A stretch of 64,000 nt of DNA from Perna viridis (taxonomy: Eukaryota), in the NCBI GenBank assembly GCA_037379345.1, contig CM074511.1, positions 8,990,001 through 9,054,000 of the forward strand, given 5' to 3'. Position 1 is the first letter of the stretch. Every line of letters starts with the position of its first letter. The notes beneath the pieces were generated by a model. That model was not told the origin of the DNA and searched no databases. It saw nothing but the letters and a program-made list of their open reading frames with translations. The translations under genes were made by a program, and so were the position numbers. Shown here in pieces: positions 10,743-26,100 of this stretch.

Positions 10743-13700
10743 ATATTTTGACACTACATGTTTATATACTAACTACTTGCCACTCCTTAAGATTGTTACC
10801 ATAAGCTCAGCATGTGTAGATCTGTCTCAATTACAAACATGCATGAAAGTTGTTCACTACATTTTCTCTAATTCGAATAAGTGTAAATAATTTTGATTTT
10901 CTTGTTTTATTCTTTTTTTTTGTATACATTGGTTTGAATTTAGTAATGCTGTAAAAAAAATTCATGTAAATGAATTAGCAGGAGGTATTCTGATAATTGT
11001 CGTGTTATTCCAATTCACATATGAAATGATCTAAAAAAATTAACAACTTTGAATTTATTTCAGATTTTTAAATAAAAAAGAGACAGTTAAAAGGACAAGA
11101 CAAACTATTTCCTGTTTCACCAGTGTTTTCCAATAAAGGTATTTATGTCTTATTACACTGATGGTTCCTGTCATTTATCAAAATCCTCACCATAATCGCC
11201 CTATAATTGTTTAGTATTTCCTGTTTCACCTGTAATACTTTATATAATGAGGTAAAATTGAATGATATAATAGTCCAATACCATTTTGTTCATCAAGTGT
11301 GAAATCGGTCATTACTGAGATGGCAAACAGTAATTCACTTTCAATAATGTATGAAATTTTACATTTGTCAAAAAATTTGGGTTCTCCTGCTGTTAAATTT
11401 TAATCTTTGATATTTGGTTATCAGCTTATTTCTGTATTTTCAGTAAATAACTTGATTTTAAAAGCTGATACTCTTAGCTGTAATAGGTCTGTTAGATATA
11501 ATTTGATGAACTGAGATGCTTAGGAAAAGGAGTTATATCTGATCTGGAACAATAGAAATATATTGTATACTGAAACCTACTAAAACCTGTTAATCTGTGG
11601 GACTGTTCATGTTGGGAGTTCTCGACCATTGACACTGTCTCATGTGGGACATTTTTACTTTAAAGCAAATCTTTGATGTAAAAATTCAATTAAAGTAGTT
11701 TTCATAGAAAATGTAGTAACCAAAAACCTGCCACAAATCTTACATTTGAATGTTGGAGATTTTAAATTTTTCACTGATTTTGTGGGAGTCACCCCCTAAC
11801 ATAAGAGGGTTAACAGGTATGACCTTAGTAGACTTTAGTGAGCAGCAGTCATTTTCATACTCACTATAGGTCAGTCTGTCTCTCTGTCTGTTCGTAAGTA
11901 TATATGTTTAGGTTTGCATTGTGTGTATTTTCCCTCAAAAGATGGGATTAAAATATAAGAAAACTTGCTGATAAATACCCTATTTTCTGAACTTATGAAA
12001 ATATATGTCATTTTATATCTTGGTTCTGATTTTAAAGATCAAATTAACATGTTCTCATTGTAAGATGACAGGAGAAACCATATACTAACCATGAAGGACT
12101 GTAATGAGCAACTGTCTGTTAAACAGACTACAATGACTTGTTTAATGGAAACCTTGACATTTGTACAAGTGAAAAAATACGAGTCCAGATGTTTGTGTCC
12201 TTCTCTTTCTAAAGAACTACAAAACAGTCAAATGAACATTGTCTTAATGAGATTACATAGTTCTGACAAACCACAATGGTTTTTTAAAGGTGACATTTTC
12301 ATTAAGTTTCTTCTACAGATGATTTAGGTGTGTGAGTTATATAATGACAGACACCTAGTACAGACTATTAACTCTCTAGGACTCTTTGTCTAGGTTCCAT
12401 CACTTGATGAGCTGTTTTATTGATGATGTTTATTCTTCAGACTTGTTGACTTGTTCAAAGACTTTAATGCCCCACCTATATAGGCATTAGGGGCAATGAG
12501 TTTAACTGCTGTCCATACATATGTCTGTACCCTAAATTTAAGGAACATTTTGCTATTATACTGAGTAAGTCACTATGAAAGTCCAACTGCTTACAGGGTA
12601 CTAATTTGGCTATGTGGGCTGGTCAAATCATGAAATAAAAGTTTTCTGTTGAAAACATTGATGGTAAAATGAAATCTGTGGATAAAGCAACATAACCTTA
12701 CCAAACCAAGAAAATAAATAAGAGTTCTTTCACAGCTTTCAATCCCTGTCATTGACCTGTTGAGTTGTAAAAAAGTGTGAAGGCTATATGTTTATACTGT
12801 AACTCCCAATTCACAATAAACAGAATTATAAAGTGGTGTTGAATTTATTGTGTGAATGAATTATTTTGGAAAGATTTGCTCCATGCAGTGCTATGTAAGC
12901 TGTCTCCTGAAAATATGCATTACAATCATTAATAGTAATTATCTAGAAATTTTGTACTGCAATTTAATTTTAACAAAATGGTTAATCTATTAACCAGCAC
13001 ATAATGACAGAATACATTAACAGATCTTTTTGTAGATAGATATAATAATCTGAATAATTTTTGTAGCATAATGGGAATAAACTGGGTGGAATGGAGTATC
13101 CACCCTAATTCTCAAAATTCAATTTGACATATCTGAGAGTATAATCACTCACCATTTGTCATAAAGAAACATATATTTAAAAAGAACAATTTCTATGACG
13201 TACTTATAATGAATTTTATTTCAAATGATTAATTAACTCATTTTTTTTTTTTAAAAAGGTTAAAGAACTTTGGATTTTATTTCAATTTAACTGTCCTTTT
13301 AAAAATATATCTTAAATTTGCATAATTTGTATTAGTTGATTGTTTACTATGATGTGGTGTGAAGTATTCAAGGTTTTACCTCAATGATGTTATAAAGGAT
13401 TATATTATTATTAGCTACCCCTTTCTATAGAAGGTTTTCTTTAATTTGCTTGTCATGATGATGTTGACAAATGTGAAAAGGACTTTGTCCTAAATACATT
13501 TACATCCTTTCATAACTTCCCTATTACAAAAAATAATCAGAATCTTCCATTGTTATGCAATAAATGTCATGCTTGATTTCTAGTGACTAAGTGAGAATCT
13601 TAAAGATTCGGATTTGTGTCTATCTCAATGTGTAAGATATTCATTTTTAATGTAGTAAGTGCCATGTTTAATGTTTTGTCAGTACTTCACATTCTATTGG

Positions 13701-15218
13701 ATTGTGGCTTGTATCTGAGAGGTGAGAAGCATATTACCTAATATGATACAATTGTACATCTGACTTTGTTTCATTGGATGATTAGATTTGAATTTTACTA
13801 GGAATAAAGTTTTAATCATATTAGAAACAGCCAAGTTCCATTAGCAGAAAGAACCTTATATGTTTTAAACCAGATTTTCTCTGATTTTCAAAGTTTTTTT
13901 TTTTTGATGTTCATAGCAGTTCATGCTGTTCTTATCATTACATGTTTAGGAAAGGTACGGTAACAAGGTATTTGTGTTCGCAGATCTTCATGATAACAAT
14001 ATGTTTAAAGAAACAGAATATATTACATTAACTTGTAAGAAACTGCATTTCTCCACAGTAATTAGTTACATTTTCAAGAGCCTCAAGTTTTGTTATTTCT
14101 AAATTACATTATCTTAGTGTAGAAACTTCATTTTTCCCCATTTTAGATTTTGTATCTTACTGACAGAGTTCAGTATCTGTGAAAACAGATTTTGAAAACA
14201 GATTAGAATTAGCTATCATTCTATAATAACTGTCATGTTTTTATTGAAGTTAGTACCTGGTATTTCTGTTGATGTATGTAAGACATCATTAGTGATGCCG
14301 TGACATGAGACTGATTCTTACTATTATAGTGCTGACAGTAAGTGTATAAAGTTGACAGATATGTCTGTTGCATGATCTGGTTGAAGTTTTGATTCTTAAT
14401 ATCAAATTAAAGGCACCAGTCTTATTCATGTTCTTAAAATTATGGATGTAATGAAGATATCATCTGAAGAATATCATTCTAGGATGTTGGGGTTTTAAAT
14501 AAATTCAGCTTTTTTTCAATTTTGGCATTTTGAGATAAACAGAACACTGAAGGGATGCACTTAATGATCAGAATGAGTAGGTTTTATTTCAGTGAGATTT
14601 GACCAAGCTCTAAGCTTTTGAAAATTATCTGTGAAAATTATTCAATACCATTTTCTATTGAACTAAGGAAACATGAATAACCTAGTTATACATGTTTTAA
14701 TCTAATTAACCATATCATGTAATCAGATACATGTATTTAACCCTTGATCTCTTAAACAATTGTACAATTTGTAGCCTCATTAGGGGTCTGTAGATGGTTA
14801 TCAGTCTGGTATTATATTTGATAAGTCTGATGTTTCAGATGTATATTTGGTGAGGGTGTTGTATATGTGCAAAGCACAGATCACTTAGGATACTTATATT
14901 CAAATATTTCTCCTGTCCTAGGACACATTACATTTTTGACCTGTTTCTTAAGTGTAATCTGACACATCTTTAGAATATACAGGTTAAAAAGAAATAAATG
15001 TATTATTTCTAGAACAGATGGTGGAATACTCAGGTGTTTGATAACAATGAAACCTGTCTATCACCTGTATGAACCAGACATCTTCTGAAGTCCTTTTAAA
15101 TTGATGTCCATAGTTTTTAACCTGTGTATTATGTAAGCTGAAAACCTGTCTTAACCCCAGAACACAGGTCTTACTGTTTAAGTGTAAGTGTTTGTAAGAA
15201 TCAGGTTAAATGGGAAAA

Positions 15219-15310
15219 ATCAGAAACATGCATGTTGAAACCCCACCGATCAGAAACATGCATGTTGAAACCCCACCGATCAGAAACATGCATGTCAAAA
15301 CCCCACCTAT
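15219..15310. repeat. Tandem repeat, 3 x 30 bp (ATCAGAAACATGCATGTTGAAACCCCACCG)
   Basis: Read directly. Confidence 0.93.
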
Positions 15311-15681
15311 CTGACAGTATAATATCACTCAAGGATGCTTTCTCTATTTGAAAAGGCCATTATTTGTTCTCTGCATCATTGGATTTGCTCAGAAATTTTT
15401 CAATAGAATCTTAGAAAAATAAAATTTTTGACAGAGTTATCTGCCCTTTTGGTGTGTTTCAATGAAATTATAACTCAATGGGCCAGCGTGGTATGGAAAA
15501 TCTTGTCTGTTTTCCTTGCTTCTGATTGTGCAAATTGTCAAATTACACTGTCAAAATGATGGGTTTTGTCATACCATGATTCACCTACTGCCTGATTCTT
15601 ACAGGGACTGACACTTAAAGGTTCATTAGCACAAACATTTATATAAGTCTCAGAAGCAGTGATACTGAGTCTTATAAGTAC

Positions 15682-15887
15682 TATTATGAAAGTACTATTG
15701 TTCATATGGTACTAATTTTTGTGGTTTTCATGGTTAGGCCCATGAAATTTGGTTACCAACAAACGGGAGATTTCCATTGATTTGTATACTGAAAACCTCA
15801 AAACCACAAATTCAAGAATCCACAAAGTTGCGTTTTTTCACCAATCCACGAAAATTGGTATCCACTAATAACAGTATTTTCTCAGTA
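15682..15887. mobile_element. MITE with imperfect terminal inverted repeats of about 40 bp and TA ends (Tc1/mariner-like)
   Basis: 5' TATTATGAAAGTACTATTGTTCATATGGTACTAATTTTTGTGG versus the reverse complement of the 3' end, TACTGAGAAAATACTGTTATTAGTGGATACCAATTTTCGTGG. Confidence 0.75.
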
Positions 15888-18729
15888 TTTGAGAGATGTT
15901 CTGGATTTTCTTAGATACGGCTCTTTTGTTCTCTTTTCAGGTCAGGTGAACTCTCTATACATTTCTCATAATGAACACTAGCTTTCTGACTACCCCCGGT
16001 ACTCCAATTTCAATTTTAACATCTTGGATGATGAAGTAAATGCCATTTATTTCCACTTCAGTATTACACATTGCTAAATTACATCAGAGGAGTTTGTCCT
16101 GTAAGGTGTGAACCCTGCTCGCTTTCACAGAGTGTTACATAACTTTTACATTAAGCATTCCACAACAAAATTTTACCATCTTTCGAATTTCAAATGCAGT
16201 CAAATTTGATGTTCTAAATTGAAAATAAAGATTAATTGTTCAATACTTTTTCTCTTAATGTATTTAAGTCTCGTGTTTTAAGAGCTGTTCAAAAGAACTG
16301 ACTTCTCTTTTGTAACTGTCAACTTTTTAAAAAGGCTGACGAAATCTGCTTAAAATCTTCAAAGCTAACACTTGAAAGGTTTTTACATGCATGCTCTTCT
16401 TAATTTAGCATTTGCCATGTATCAGGAAATTTGAGTTTCTATAGAGGGACATAATTAAAACTTGTATCTAAAGGTACACAACCCCTATTACTGTAACATA
16501 TGTAGTGCTAAAATCAGGCAAAAATAATCAAAGGGGAATAATCTCTGTTTTTTAACATGAAAGCTAATGACTTGGAATGATTCTTACCCATGTGCCAAAG
16601 GATTTCATCTTTATTTGACCCTTCTTTGTTCTGCTGCCATTTCATATCTTGAAATGTGCATCTTCATAAAATAGCATGTAAATCAAGGAACAGTTTTTTT
16701 CTGTGTTGGTGGAAAGTTTGCCAAATATTGATTGCCAAGGTGGTAATAGTCTACACCACAGAACTTAAATATCTTCATAACTACAGTGCTACAGGTTGTT
16801 ACAACAGTTTAATGTATTTTCTTTATCTGTTGTTGCTGCAATCAAATTATTTTCTTCTATTGATTTCATTTATTGAAATTGGGTGTCTGATAAAGTTCTG
16901 CTAAAATAAACAAAGATTGTGCTTTGAAAAGAAGAAAAAGAACTACAGCTCTACAAATTACTGCAGCCACTTGATGCAGTAACATGCATTTGTATAATTG
17001 TTCAATTCTATAATTGGTAAAGATACAATCTTAACCCAGCTAACCCACTTCATTATAGGAAGTATTATGACATTTCAAAATTAGTTGCTTAATTCTATTA
17101 TTTCTTTTTCTCCGTACTTTAGTATCTGTCAATGAACTTACTGAAGGAAACCAGCCAATTATTTCTAGAACACAATTCTATCCTGAAAACCAAAACAACA
17201 ATTTACCATAGAAGGATGCCTGCAGCTTTTCTCACAAGCATCACAAGTGGTTATTGTCATTAATGGACTGAAATTCCATCACAGGCTTTTAAATGTTGCA
17301 TTTTGAAGTGAATTGAGAAAATTTCAGACACTTTCCTTTTTCCTGAGACTAATGCATATTAATTTAGCAATGACTTGAGGATAGAGTTGGTAAAAGCAGC
17401 GGACCAGTGCCATCTTTGTCGTGTCTCAAAGGTTAGAGTTGGCAATCATCTTCTGTTTCTCTTTATTGATTATTGAACAGTTTAATCAAAGTGTGATGTC
17501 TTATTCTCCGCTAAAGGAACGATTGTTTGTACGTTATTTTACTATTAGATCTTTACTGAGTATCTAAGTTTCAATGTGAGATTATAGTTTGTCATGTAAA
17601 GGTAAGGAATTTGTCTTCTATGAGGATTTTAATTTCCTGTTTCTTCTTCCTTCCTACCATAAGTTATTGTTCGGAGATATTTGTCCAGTGTTGTTATGAT
17701 GCTATAAATGTCTGGAAAATTTTATTTTAATTGGCCATTTATGGCTTGTATCAAGATATGGGTTGTTATTAATATTTGATAAAATCTGAGCATGTGTGAG
17801 TTGATCAAGTAGATGAATTGATTATCAGTGAGTTATATTTTCATACTCAATAAATACGAAGGGTCAAGTGTTCTATTGTATTATATTGGGACCATTGTTT
17901 CTTCTCCAGTTTAATCTCTTCTTGATATCAAATCTGTAAAATAGTGTTTCATTTACTTTTATATTTATTTATTTGTGTTAATTCATTATTCTATTAACAA
18001 TGTGATATAATATTTTTTAGATATCTATTTAAAAGGTTTTGATGAAATAAAAATTATTTTCTTTCTTAGGACATGAACCAGTTTGTTTTTTATCTTTGGG
18101 AAAATATCATTGTGAAAGAAAGTGTTCAGGTATCTAGAGTTAATTCCCTTTCTTTGAAGGGGTTACACTATTATGAGTACTTATTGACCAGAATTGACAA
18201 GTACTGGAAACATTATATCATTATTCAGAAGTCCCTAAAATTGATGACACCAGTACTTTGATAAAGAAGAAAAATGATGAAGACAGTTTACTTAGTTCAT
18301 CTTTTTGTTTGCTCAAGGAGAACTTGAACTGGCATCAATTTAAAGTTTGATGGTACAACCTGACGATTGTTTAAACTGTCATTTTAAATTATAGCAGTAG
18401 CTAATGCACTCATACAGAATCAGTTTATTAAGAAAATGCATATTAAAGTATTCTATTTCTATTTTATTAATTTTAAGAAAAGACACTTGAATATGATTTC
18501 AAACAGCATGAAATTAAGCCGTAAATTTTTCTGCTTAACAAAATCCTATTATTTAACAATACGTAACTAGGTTTAGTGTTGGCTTACTTCAAACATATTA
18601 CCTTTAAAATAAATTGGCTTAATATCAACTCTTATTTAAAATATCAGAAATAAATATTACAGGATAAAGTGATGAAATGACCACTTACTGTCACAAGTAA
18701 GGTGTTTATCTTTTATTTCATCATATAAT

Positions 18730-18998
18730 TGACTCCCCATTTTGAGTCCATTGTCCTTCCTTCCATCCATACTTCCTTCTGCTACACTGAGGGGTACCGA
18801 CCTCTTATCTGTTAGTCCTCCTACATCACAGCATGGAATTTAATGAAACTTTCACTTAATCTTTATTACATATTCCCATTGTGCACCTCCTATTTTAGAA
18901 TTTGATCCAAATAAATTAGGAGATCAAAAAGGGCATGATATATGAGCGAGTGAGGGGCTCTCAAAAATGGTGAGCATTGTTCACAATTATTCTAGTTT
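18730..18998 (+). mobile_element. Dispersed repeat (HINE-like), copy 1
   Basis: Core TCCTCCTACATCAC..ATGGAATTTAATGAAACTTTCAC..TTATTACATATTCC.ATTGTGCAC is shared with 39510-39590 and 39695-39770. Confidence 0.7.
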
Positions 18999-21443
18999 TA
19001 ATTGTATATGTTTATTTAGTGGGAAAAAGATCAGGAGAGTTGTGAGTGATTAATACATGTATCTAAAAACTTGACACTGCGTAGTGATACAGAAAAGTGA
19101 ACTGTACAAAGTAATACAAACAAACATAATGGAAAATATTATACACAAAGCATTGGAGAATACCAATCACATTATATGACGACATAGGTGAATTGCCTGG
19201 GCATAGTGTTTTGCCTGTCTGTCATTTAGTCATTATTCTTTAACAAGACTTCTGAATTTTGTCCGACAAAAACAGATATTGGACTAAATTTTTGATAAAT
19301 TTTGTATGTTGTAGAACCTTTAATGGGATTAATTGGAGTTTACCCTTGCTTTTTGTTGTAAATTATGGACCATGGACTTTGAAAATTTCATTGAAACAAC
19401 ATATTTTGTAAACACTCTTGGTATGTGAGTGTATTTATGTTGTGCAGCTCCTCTGATAGAGTATGATCATTGAAATTTGAAAATTTATCATCTATATGCT
19501 GGGAGGCATTTGTACCATTCCATCTACTGCACATTTTTTTTTCATTCCAGAATTACCACTTGTTAATATTATCTCAAACTAAAACTTTTTGAAGTGTTTG
19601 TAATAACTTCTTGAATTGAAATGTTTTCACATCTCTTGAGATAATTTTTTTTAATAATCATTCCATTTCTGAAAATTTGATGATTGTATTTTTTTCTGAA
19701 CTGTATAATTACATTAAGCTTGCACAGAATTACATAATAAACAAGTTTATGAAGAGAACATAATATAACACTTCATTTTTTAAACAAAACTTCTCAAATT
19801 TTAATAGCAAATATTTCCAAGTTTAAGTGTTTTGACAAGCTATGTTTTCTGAAACATGAAATTTTAAGTGTTGAAACTGTTGAAAATGTGTCTTTTCACT
19901 TTATAGAGTGTAAGATTCTTTATTTCACAGATAAATATAGTGTTGGTTTTTTAAATACTTCATTTCCTCACTTAAGTTTTTTTCTTTTATCCTAAGCTGT
20001 ACTTAAAATGCTATAGCCATGAAGTTTGTTGGAATTCCCTGTTTGACCCTTTATAGCTCCATAATTTCAGTGAAAATAATCTGGTTGCCTGCAGATCCCA
20101 AATCACTTTATAGGACAATAATACTAATGATGTAAGACCGTAACTACTCAAAGTAATTACAGTCCATTCTCTTAAGTGAAAAAAATTCAGAAAAATATTG
20201 CGTCAAATAGGAAGTAACGACAGCCATTCGTCAGCTGATGCTAATGTAAGGAGAAATAGAACATCACCTGATTTAAACAAACAGTCGATTCCTTCATCAG
20301 TATTTATTGATTCAGAGGCACCGTGACATTTTCATTATTGCTTCCTGCATATGGCAATATATATTTTGTCAAAAAAAGTACTGGACATTTTGTCACTCTT
20401 TACACATCTAGATGTAACAGAATCCAACTAGTAACTGCATCTCTTGGGAAAGTCGTCAAAGAAACTAATCTGGTTACAGAAGAATCAATGATAAAAGTGA
20501 GAATGAACAATATTATGTCCTGTTATTTCAGGCATCAGACATTCATTTACTTATTCTCAGTAATGATAGAATATCTTTAGGTTTCTTATAAGTATTTTGT
20601 CAATAAACGTAAAAGTTCAGCATAAAAAAATGATAAATTCTTCAAAGAAACTTGCCTTCACTTGTACATCCATAAGTAGAACTTTACATTAGGGGTTTGA
20701 TAGTAAAGTATAATGCACTCCACAGACAGTACAAACCTAGGATAATTGACCTCTAGTTCTACCAGCTTATGTTTCACCAACTGAAGGACTGTAACATGTT
20801 ACTTCTATCTCTGTGTGACGAGTCTAATATAGACTTATACAGCACACTGAGAATAGTACCCATCACTTGCTTTTTTTTGCAATATTGAAATTCTTGGTTA
20901 AAGAACAGAATTTGTAAATCTGCAAACTTTATGAGCAAGCTAGACTGTATGAATTTATTTCCACAAGGAGACTCCATATTTGAATGTCAATCTGATTGGT
21001 ATTGCTTGGTAAGTTTATGCAGACTACTTTGGTAGATTTTCTAATCAAGAATTACATATTACAGAAAAATAGTTATCTCACGCGCCATAAATAAAGGATA
21101 AAAATGCAATAACATTGTACTTTATTACAGTTGAATGTTTACATTATTGTAAGAGGATTTTTTCCTGATGTACTTCTTTAATCTTCAAAAAACATTCAAT
21201 ATCAACATTATCAGTTAATAAACTTAAAATGTCTATTTATATAGTCAAGTACAGCATAATTAATTGATGAAAAGTTTTTATTGTGATTTGAATGGAAGTT
21301 GATTCTAGTTTCGAAAATTAGAGGGTCACGAGCTCTGCATTAATAGCCATAACTATGACATTTTTCATTTGGTTAAACTCATGGATGGTACTTTTATAAA
21401 AGCAATAGTATTATGACAAAGCTGGTAAATATGGGCAGGTGTC

Positions 21444-21719
21444 AAATTTGGTATACCTGATTGTGTAGAAATTTGGTATACCTGATTGTGTAGAAATTTG
21501 GCATGCCTGATTGTGTAGAAATTTGGCATGCCTGATTGTGTAGAAATTTGGTATACCTGATTGTGTAGAAATTTGGTATGCCTGATTGTGTAGAAATTTC
21601 GTATACGTGATTGTGTAGAATTTTGGTATACCTGATTGTGTAGAAATTTCGTATACCTGATTGTGTAGAAATTTCGTATACCTGATTGTGTAGAAATTTG
21701 GTATACCTGATTGTGTAGA
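21444..21719. repeat. Minisatellite, about 11 x 25 bp (AATTTGGTATACCTGATTGTGTAGA)
   Basis: The 25-bp period is read directly and explains the repetitive ORF 21442-21780. Confidence 0.97.
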
Positions 21720-22741
21720 TATTTTGGTTTATTTGTAATGTAACCTTACATACAAAAACCAAAGCACTTAAATTCTGCACATTTCAATCTTGACACAACA
21801 GTAACACTAACATCATTTATAAAAAAAATCCTTCCCTTCTATTTTAGGTGGTGCTTTTCTCATAACTTTTCCTCAACATGACCCCAGAATGACCTTTCAA
21901 TGTCAGAGAAACAATGTGTTTTACATTGTATAATATTTCTGTAATGCGTATTTGTCTATTCATTCACATACTGGTATGTATTTTTGCAGAAAAAGATTTT
22001 TTTAGAATGATTGTATGGACTGGACTGTTACCTTATATTTTAGGGGATATGAAAAGACATTGAAGTACCTAAATGTCTGTAATTTGGGGTATGGTAGGAT
22101 TTTATCTATAACATGGCATTTTGTTGCAATTTTGATGGTCTGACCTGAGTGTTTATCACTTTCATGGAAAAAAAATAATTACAGTCTAATCCAAAAAATG
22201 TTTTTCCTGGCTACAACCTTGCTTGTGGGATATGGTATAACACAAGTGTATAAAAACCATCATAAAATTCTTATTGCCTGCCCTTCCCACTTTACTACCA
22301 ATATTTTTCTTAGGGTAATCTAATAGACTCTTGTTGCAGTAAAACACCACTGATTGTTTTTCTCTATAGGCAATATTACCTCAGTAATTTGGCTGATTAG
22401 GTTGTCTGTAGGAATATTTTATATGACCTTATTGTATAAGATCTATATCTACACAAATGACATTTTTGGAGTTGGATGAAAATGAATTATGTCTAATACT
22501 TCATACTTGAAGCTTGCATTCTTTCTGTCTAAATCATATCAATGTATCATGTATGGGCTGAAATAAAGTAATATTTCTGTCAAACCTACCATTTTTGTTA
22601 CTTCCAGTTGTTATCTTACAAAAACAGAGACATTTGGACATGTTGACAGAATCAATAACTCCATTGACCAGTACTAGGGAGTTAGGGTCTAGAGGGGAGG
22701 GGGTATTTACCAACAATTGTAACGAGTGCATTGGTCAGTAG

Positions 22742-23145
22742 GTGGTAGAAAGTGTGGATTGGTTAGTGCTGGGAAGTTCGGGTCTAGACAGGTGCTTTAG
22801 TCTATAATGGTAGAAAGTGTGGATTTGTTAGTGTTAGAAAGTTTGGGACTAGAGAGGGGTATGGTCTACTATGGTAGAAAGTGTGGATTGGTTAGTGCTT
22901 TGAAGTTTGGGACCAGAGAGGGTTATTGGTCTACAATAGTAGATAGGATGGATTGGTTAATGCTAGAAAGTTTGGGACTAGAGAGGGTTATTGGTCTACA
23001 ATGGTAGAAAGGATGGATTGGTTAGTGCTTTGAAGTTTGGGACTAGAGAGGGTTATTGGTCTACAATGGTAGAAAGTGTGCATCGGTTAGTGTTAGGAAG
23101 TTGGAGTCTAAAAAATGGGTTGGTGTACTTGAATAGTAGAAAGTG
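22742..23145. repeat. Minisatellite, about 6 x 65 bp, G-rich on the + strand
   Basis: TGGTAGAAAG-like anchors at 22743, 22808, 22872, 22937, 23002, 23067 and 23134. A degenerate unit lies upstream at about 22665-22740. Confidence 0.93.
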
Positions 23146-26100
23146 ACTCTCAAAGGAAACAACTTTATAGTGACCAGCAACATTTTCTAGACTACAAGGA
23201 GGCTCTCAAAACATCAAGATTTTGTAGTATTTTAATTGCCTTAAAACTTGTTCTAGGAAGAGAGTTACAAGTATCATGATCTTCAAAATAACCATTGGCT
23301 ATATGAACATTAAAACCCTCATATCTGGTCATTGATAAAGTCATTCAATCATACTTGAGAACTTATTATATGAAATATAATCATCTTGCACTGAGATAAT
23401 TGATAAAGCCTCAAACCAAAATCAAAGTTGATGAAAATGACCATAATTGTTGAATGCAAAAAACGTAATTTCCGGAGAGTAAATAATTTTGCACTTTTAT
23501 AGATTTTGTAATTACATGATATTTTCCTTCATTTTTGACTGTATTATTGGAAGTGATTACAGGTTTGAGCTAACATTTACAATCACTGAGTAATAAAAAC
23601 ATCCTGAACTACAGAAATAGGACACTATATTTACAAAAAAGAAATAAGTGTATATAATAGAGAATAGCTCTTCAATACACAGATTGCACTGTTAAGACAG
23701 AACAACATTCAACATGACCTTAAAGAACAGGCCAAAGAAAACACTTCACTGAAAAAAATATACTGCATTCAGAGAATTATTTTTTTGGTCTGTAGTTACT
23801 CAAAAAATGTTGATGTCATAAACAGTAAAGAAATTTTCTGTGTTAAGTCCACCCAGGCCAGGTCTTCTTACAATGTGATTGATGTACTAATATCAAACAA
23901 ATCATGGATTTTTTTTTCAAAACCCTTTTCTTTATTAATGATGACAACGCTTTCTTATATTTATGCCAAAAGAACCTGCTATCATTATAAGCTTGTCTCA
24001 ACACTTGAGATGTCTTGTTGTGTTTGCTGTAGATCTGGTCTCCATCCCAACTGCAATTCAACATAAACTCTATTACTGGTAGTTTGTAGGTGGCATCAAA
24101 CTATCTTTTTTTTGATTTCTTCCTCAGTATTTGTTCAATACTTCTGTGTTTCCGTGACTCCAGCCAATTAGCCAGTAACCATTCCTGCTTACACTTAACA
24201 ATACAGTGCTGGATGTTAGATGGACAACAATGGTTATTGATATTTCAATTATACATATGAATTGGGGAAGTTTTACATTAACTGGTGGAGAAAATCTCTT
24301 GTGTTGACCACAGATGTGGACGTGCTTGCTAAAGTAAACACTTAGTTAAAACCAAACTAATAGAATTTCTCAGATAATTACAGGAGAGGATTTGGTCAGC
24401 AGAATCCATTTAGATAGTGACTACAATTGAGTTAGCCTGTTTCTTTAGCTTCTCAGATTAATATGACATCAGTTGGGGAAGTGGACATTCAAAATGAGCA
24501 TTGCAGAGACATTTCTGTTAGATTGACTTCCCCAGATGGATGGGAAATAGCAGGAGACATTTCCTTAATTTTCTTTTCCCTAAGCTGGGGTCTTTAAGTG
24601 CAGATTTGTATCTTCAGGTCTCTGATCCACAGAATATAAAAAGTTTTCCCTGCATTTCCACTCATTGACAATTTCATACATCGAATATTTCATTATTCAT
24701 AAACAGCTGTAATGGCATTAAGAACAGTGATTTCTTACATTTATGTACAGTCAATCTAAACATCATACAGAGATGATCTGTGTTATAGGACAGATGAATC
24801 AACACTGATCCAGTGATACACTAGTATTGTTAAATGTTTTGCAAAAAAAATGAGAAAAAGTTTGTAATGGCAGTAAGGCACTTGCCATTTTATTGCCTCA
24901 TTTTTGTGCCTGTCCCAAGTCATGAACTTCTTGTCTCTGTCTTGTTTTATTTTCACTTTTAGTTTGCTTTTATGTTGCTGGAATATATAGGACAATGATT
25001 TTATGTTTTCTCCATTACTGACAAATAAAAAAAAGGTTGCTGCTGAAATATAAATAAAAATTTTGCACTTGTGGATAACAAATTTCTTATCCGACATCTA
25101 ATCCCTGGTTCCTCCACCCCCTCAGGGTAAAAAATGTTTGGTGCCTAACTCAAACTTGCATTCTGAAAGGTTCCTTGGATGGAGTGAATTTCATCTCAGC
25201 AACACAAACATTGGAAGAAATAAAATAGCAGTATTTAATTGTTGCATTTTTTTCTTAATTTACAGTAATTTCATATGTATAACAATTGTTTATCTTTAAA
25301 GCAATACTGGTAATAATCATTATGAATCATTTTATGATGAAGCACTTGCTTGATTTTTAGAATGGTTATTACTTGTACTTCAAACTGGTCATTTTTCATT
25401 TGTCATGCATAATCTTTTTGATGTTCCAATATCAGAACTTCTTAATGTACATAAAAATTGCTCTTCCATTTTTTTTTTTTAGTTGATTACAGAATTTAGC
25501 CATTTTGTCTTTTGTCGTAGTGATGGAATGGTTTGATTGGATGTCACCTGTTAATTCCAGGTCACATGGTTCTTATTAATCATGTCATTGCTGGAATTTT
25601 GTCCAATATTTTCATGAATTTATTGATTTCTGAGTGTAATCTTTATGCATTGGTAAATTAATGATCGACAGTTCATTTTTAATCTAAGGAAAAGTTTTGG
25701 AGTCATCTGTTGGTGACCAAGGTATAATAAAGAGGATTATGAATGCAGGAAAGAATGTTGAAATCAGAATGATCAAACCTTAGTGCATTAGATTAAACTT
25801 TGTCATTTATTTCCTTAGCAGTTGCTTCAGTTTGTGATCGCTTAATTATTTTGTTCTTTGATGGAAACAGTTTAAATTATATCTGTTTATGTATAGAGTA
25901 TCTGTGACTGTATGAAGGTCTTTTGATCATTATTGAGGTGGTATTATAGCTATAGTTTTCAGAGGTAAATTATTTTGCTTTCTGTTATGAAACAATGGAT
26001 TTGTATAGAACATGGGCTTTGAATATCTTAATGTCTTTAGTTTAACTGATTGTCATGTACTATATAACATTTGTTTCTGTATTGCACTTGTTACTATAAG

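Noticed and set aside
15941-16125. SINE fragment (CCGGTACTCC motif)
   Set aside because: Too short and degenerate, with no A/B boxes identifiable.
21442-23007. Repetitive ORFs 21442-21780 and 22807-23007
   Set aside because: They are translations of the 25-bp and 65-bp minisatellites.
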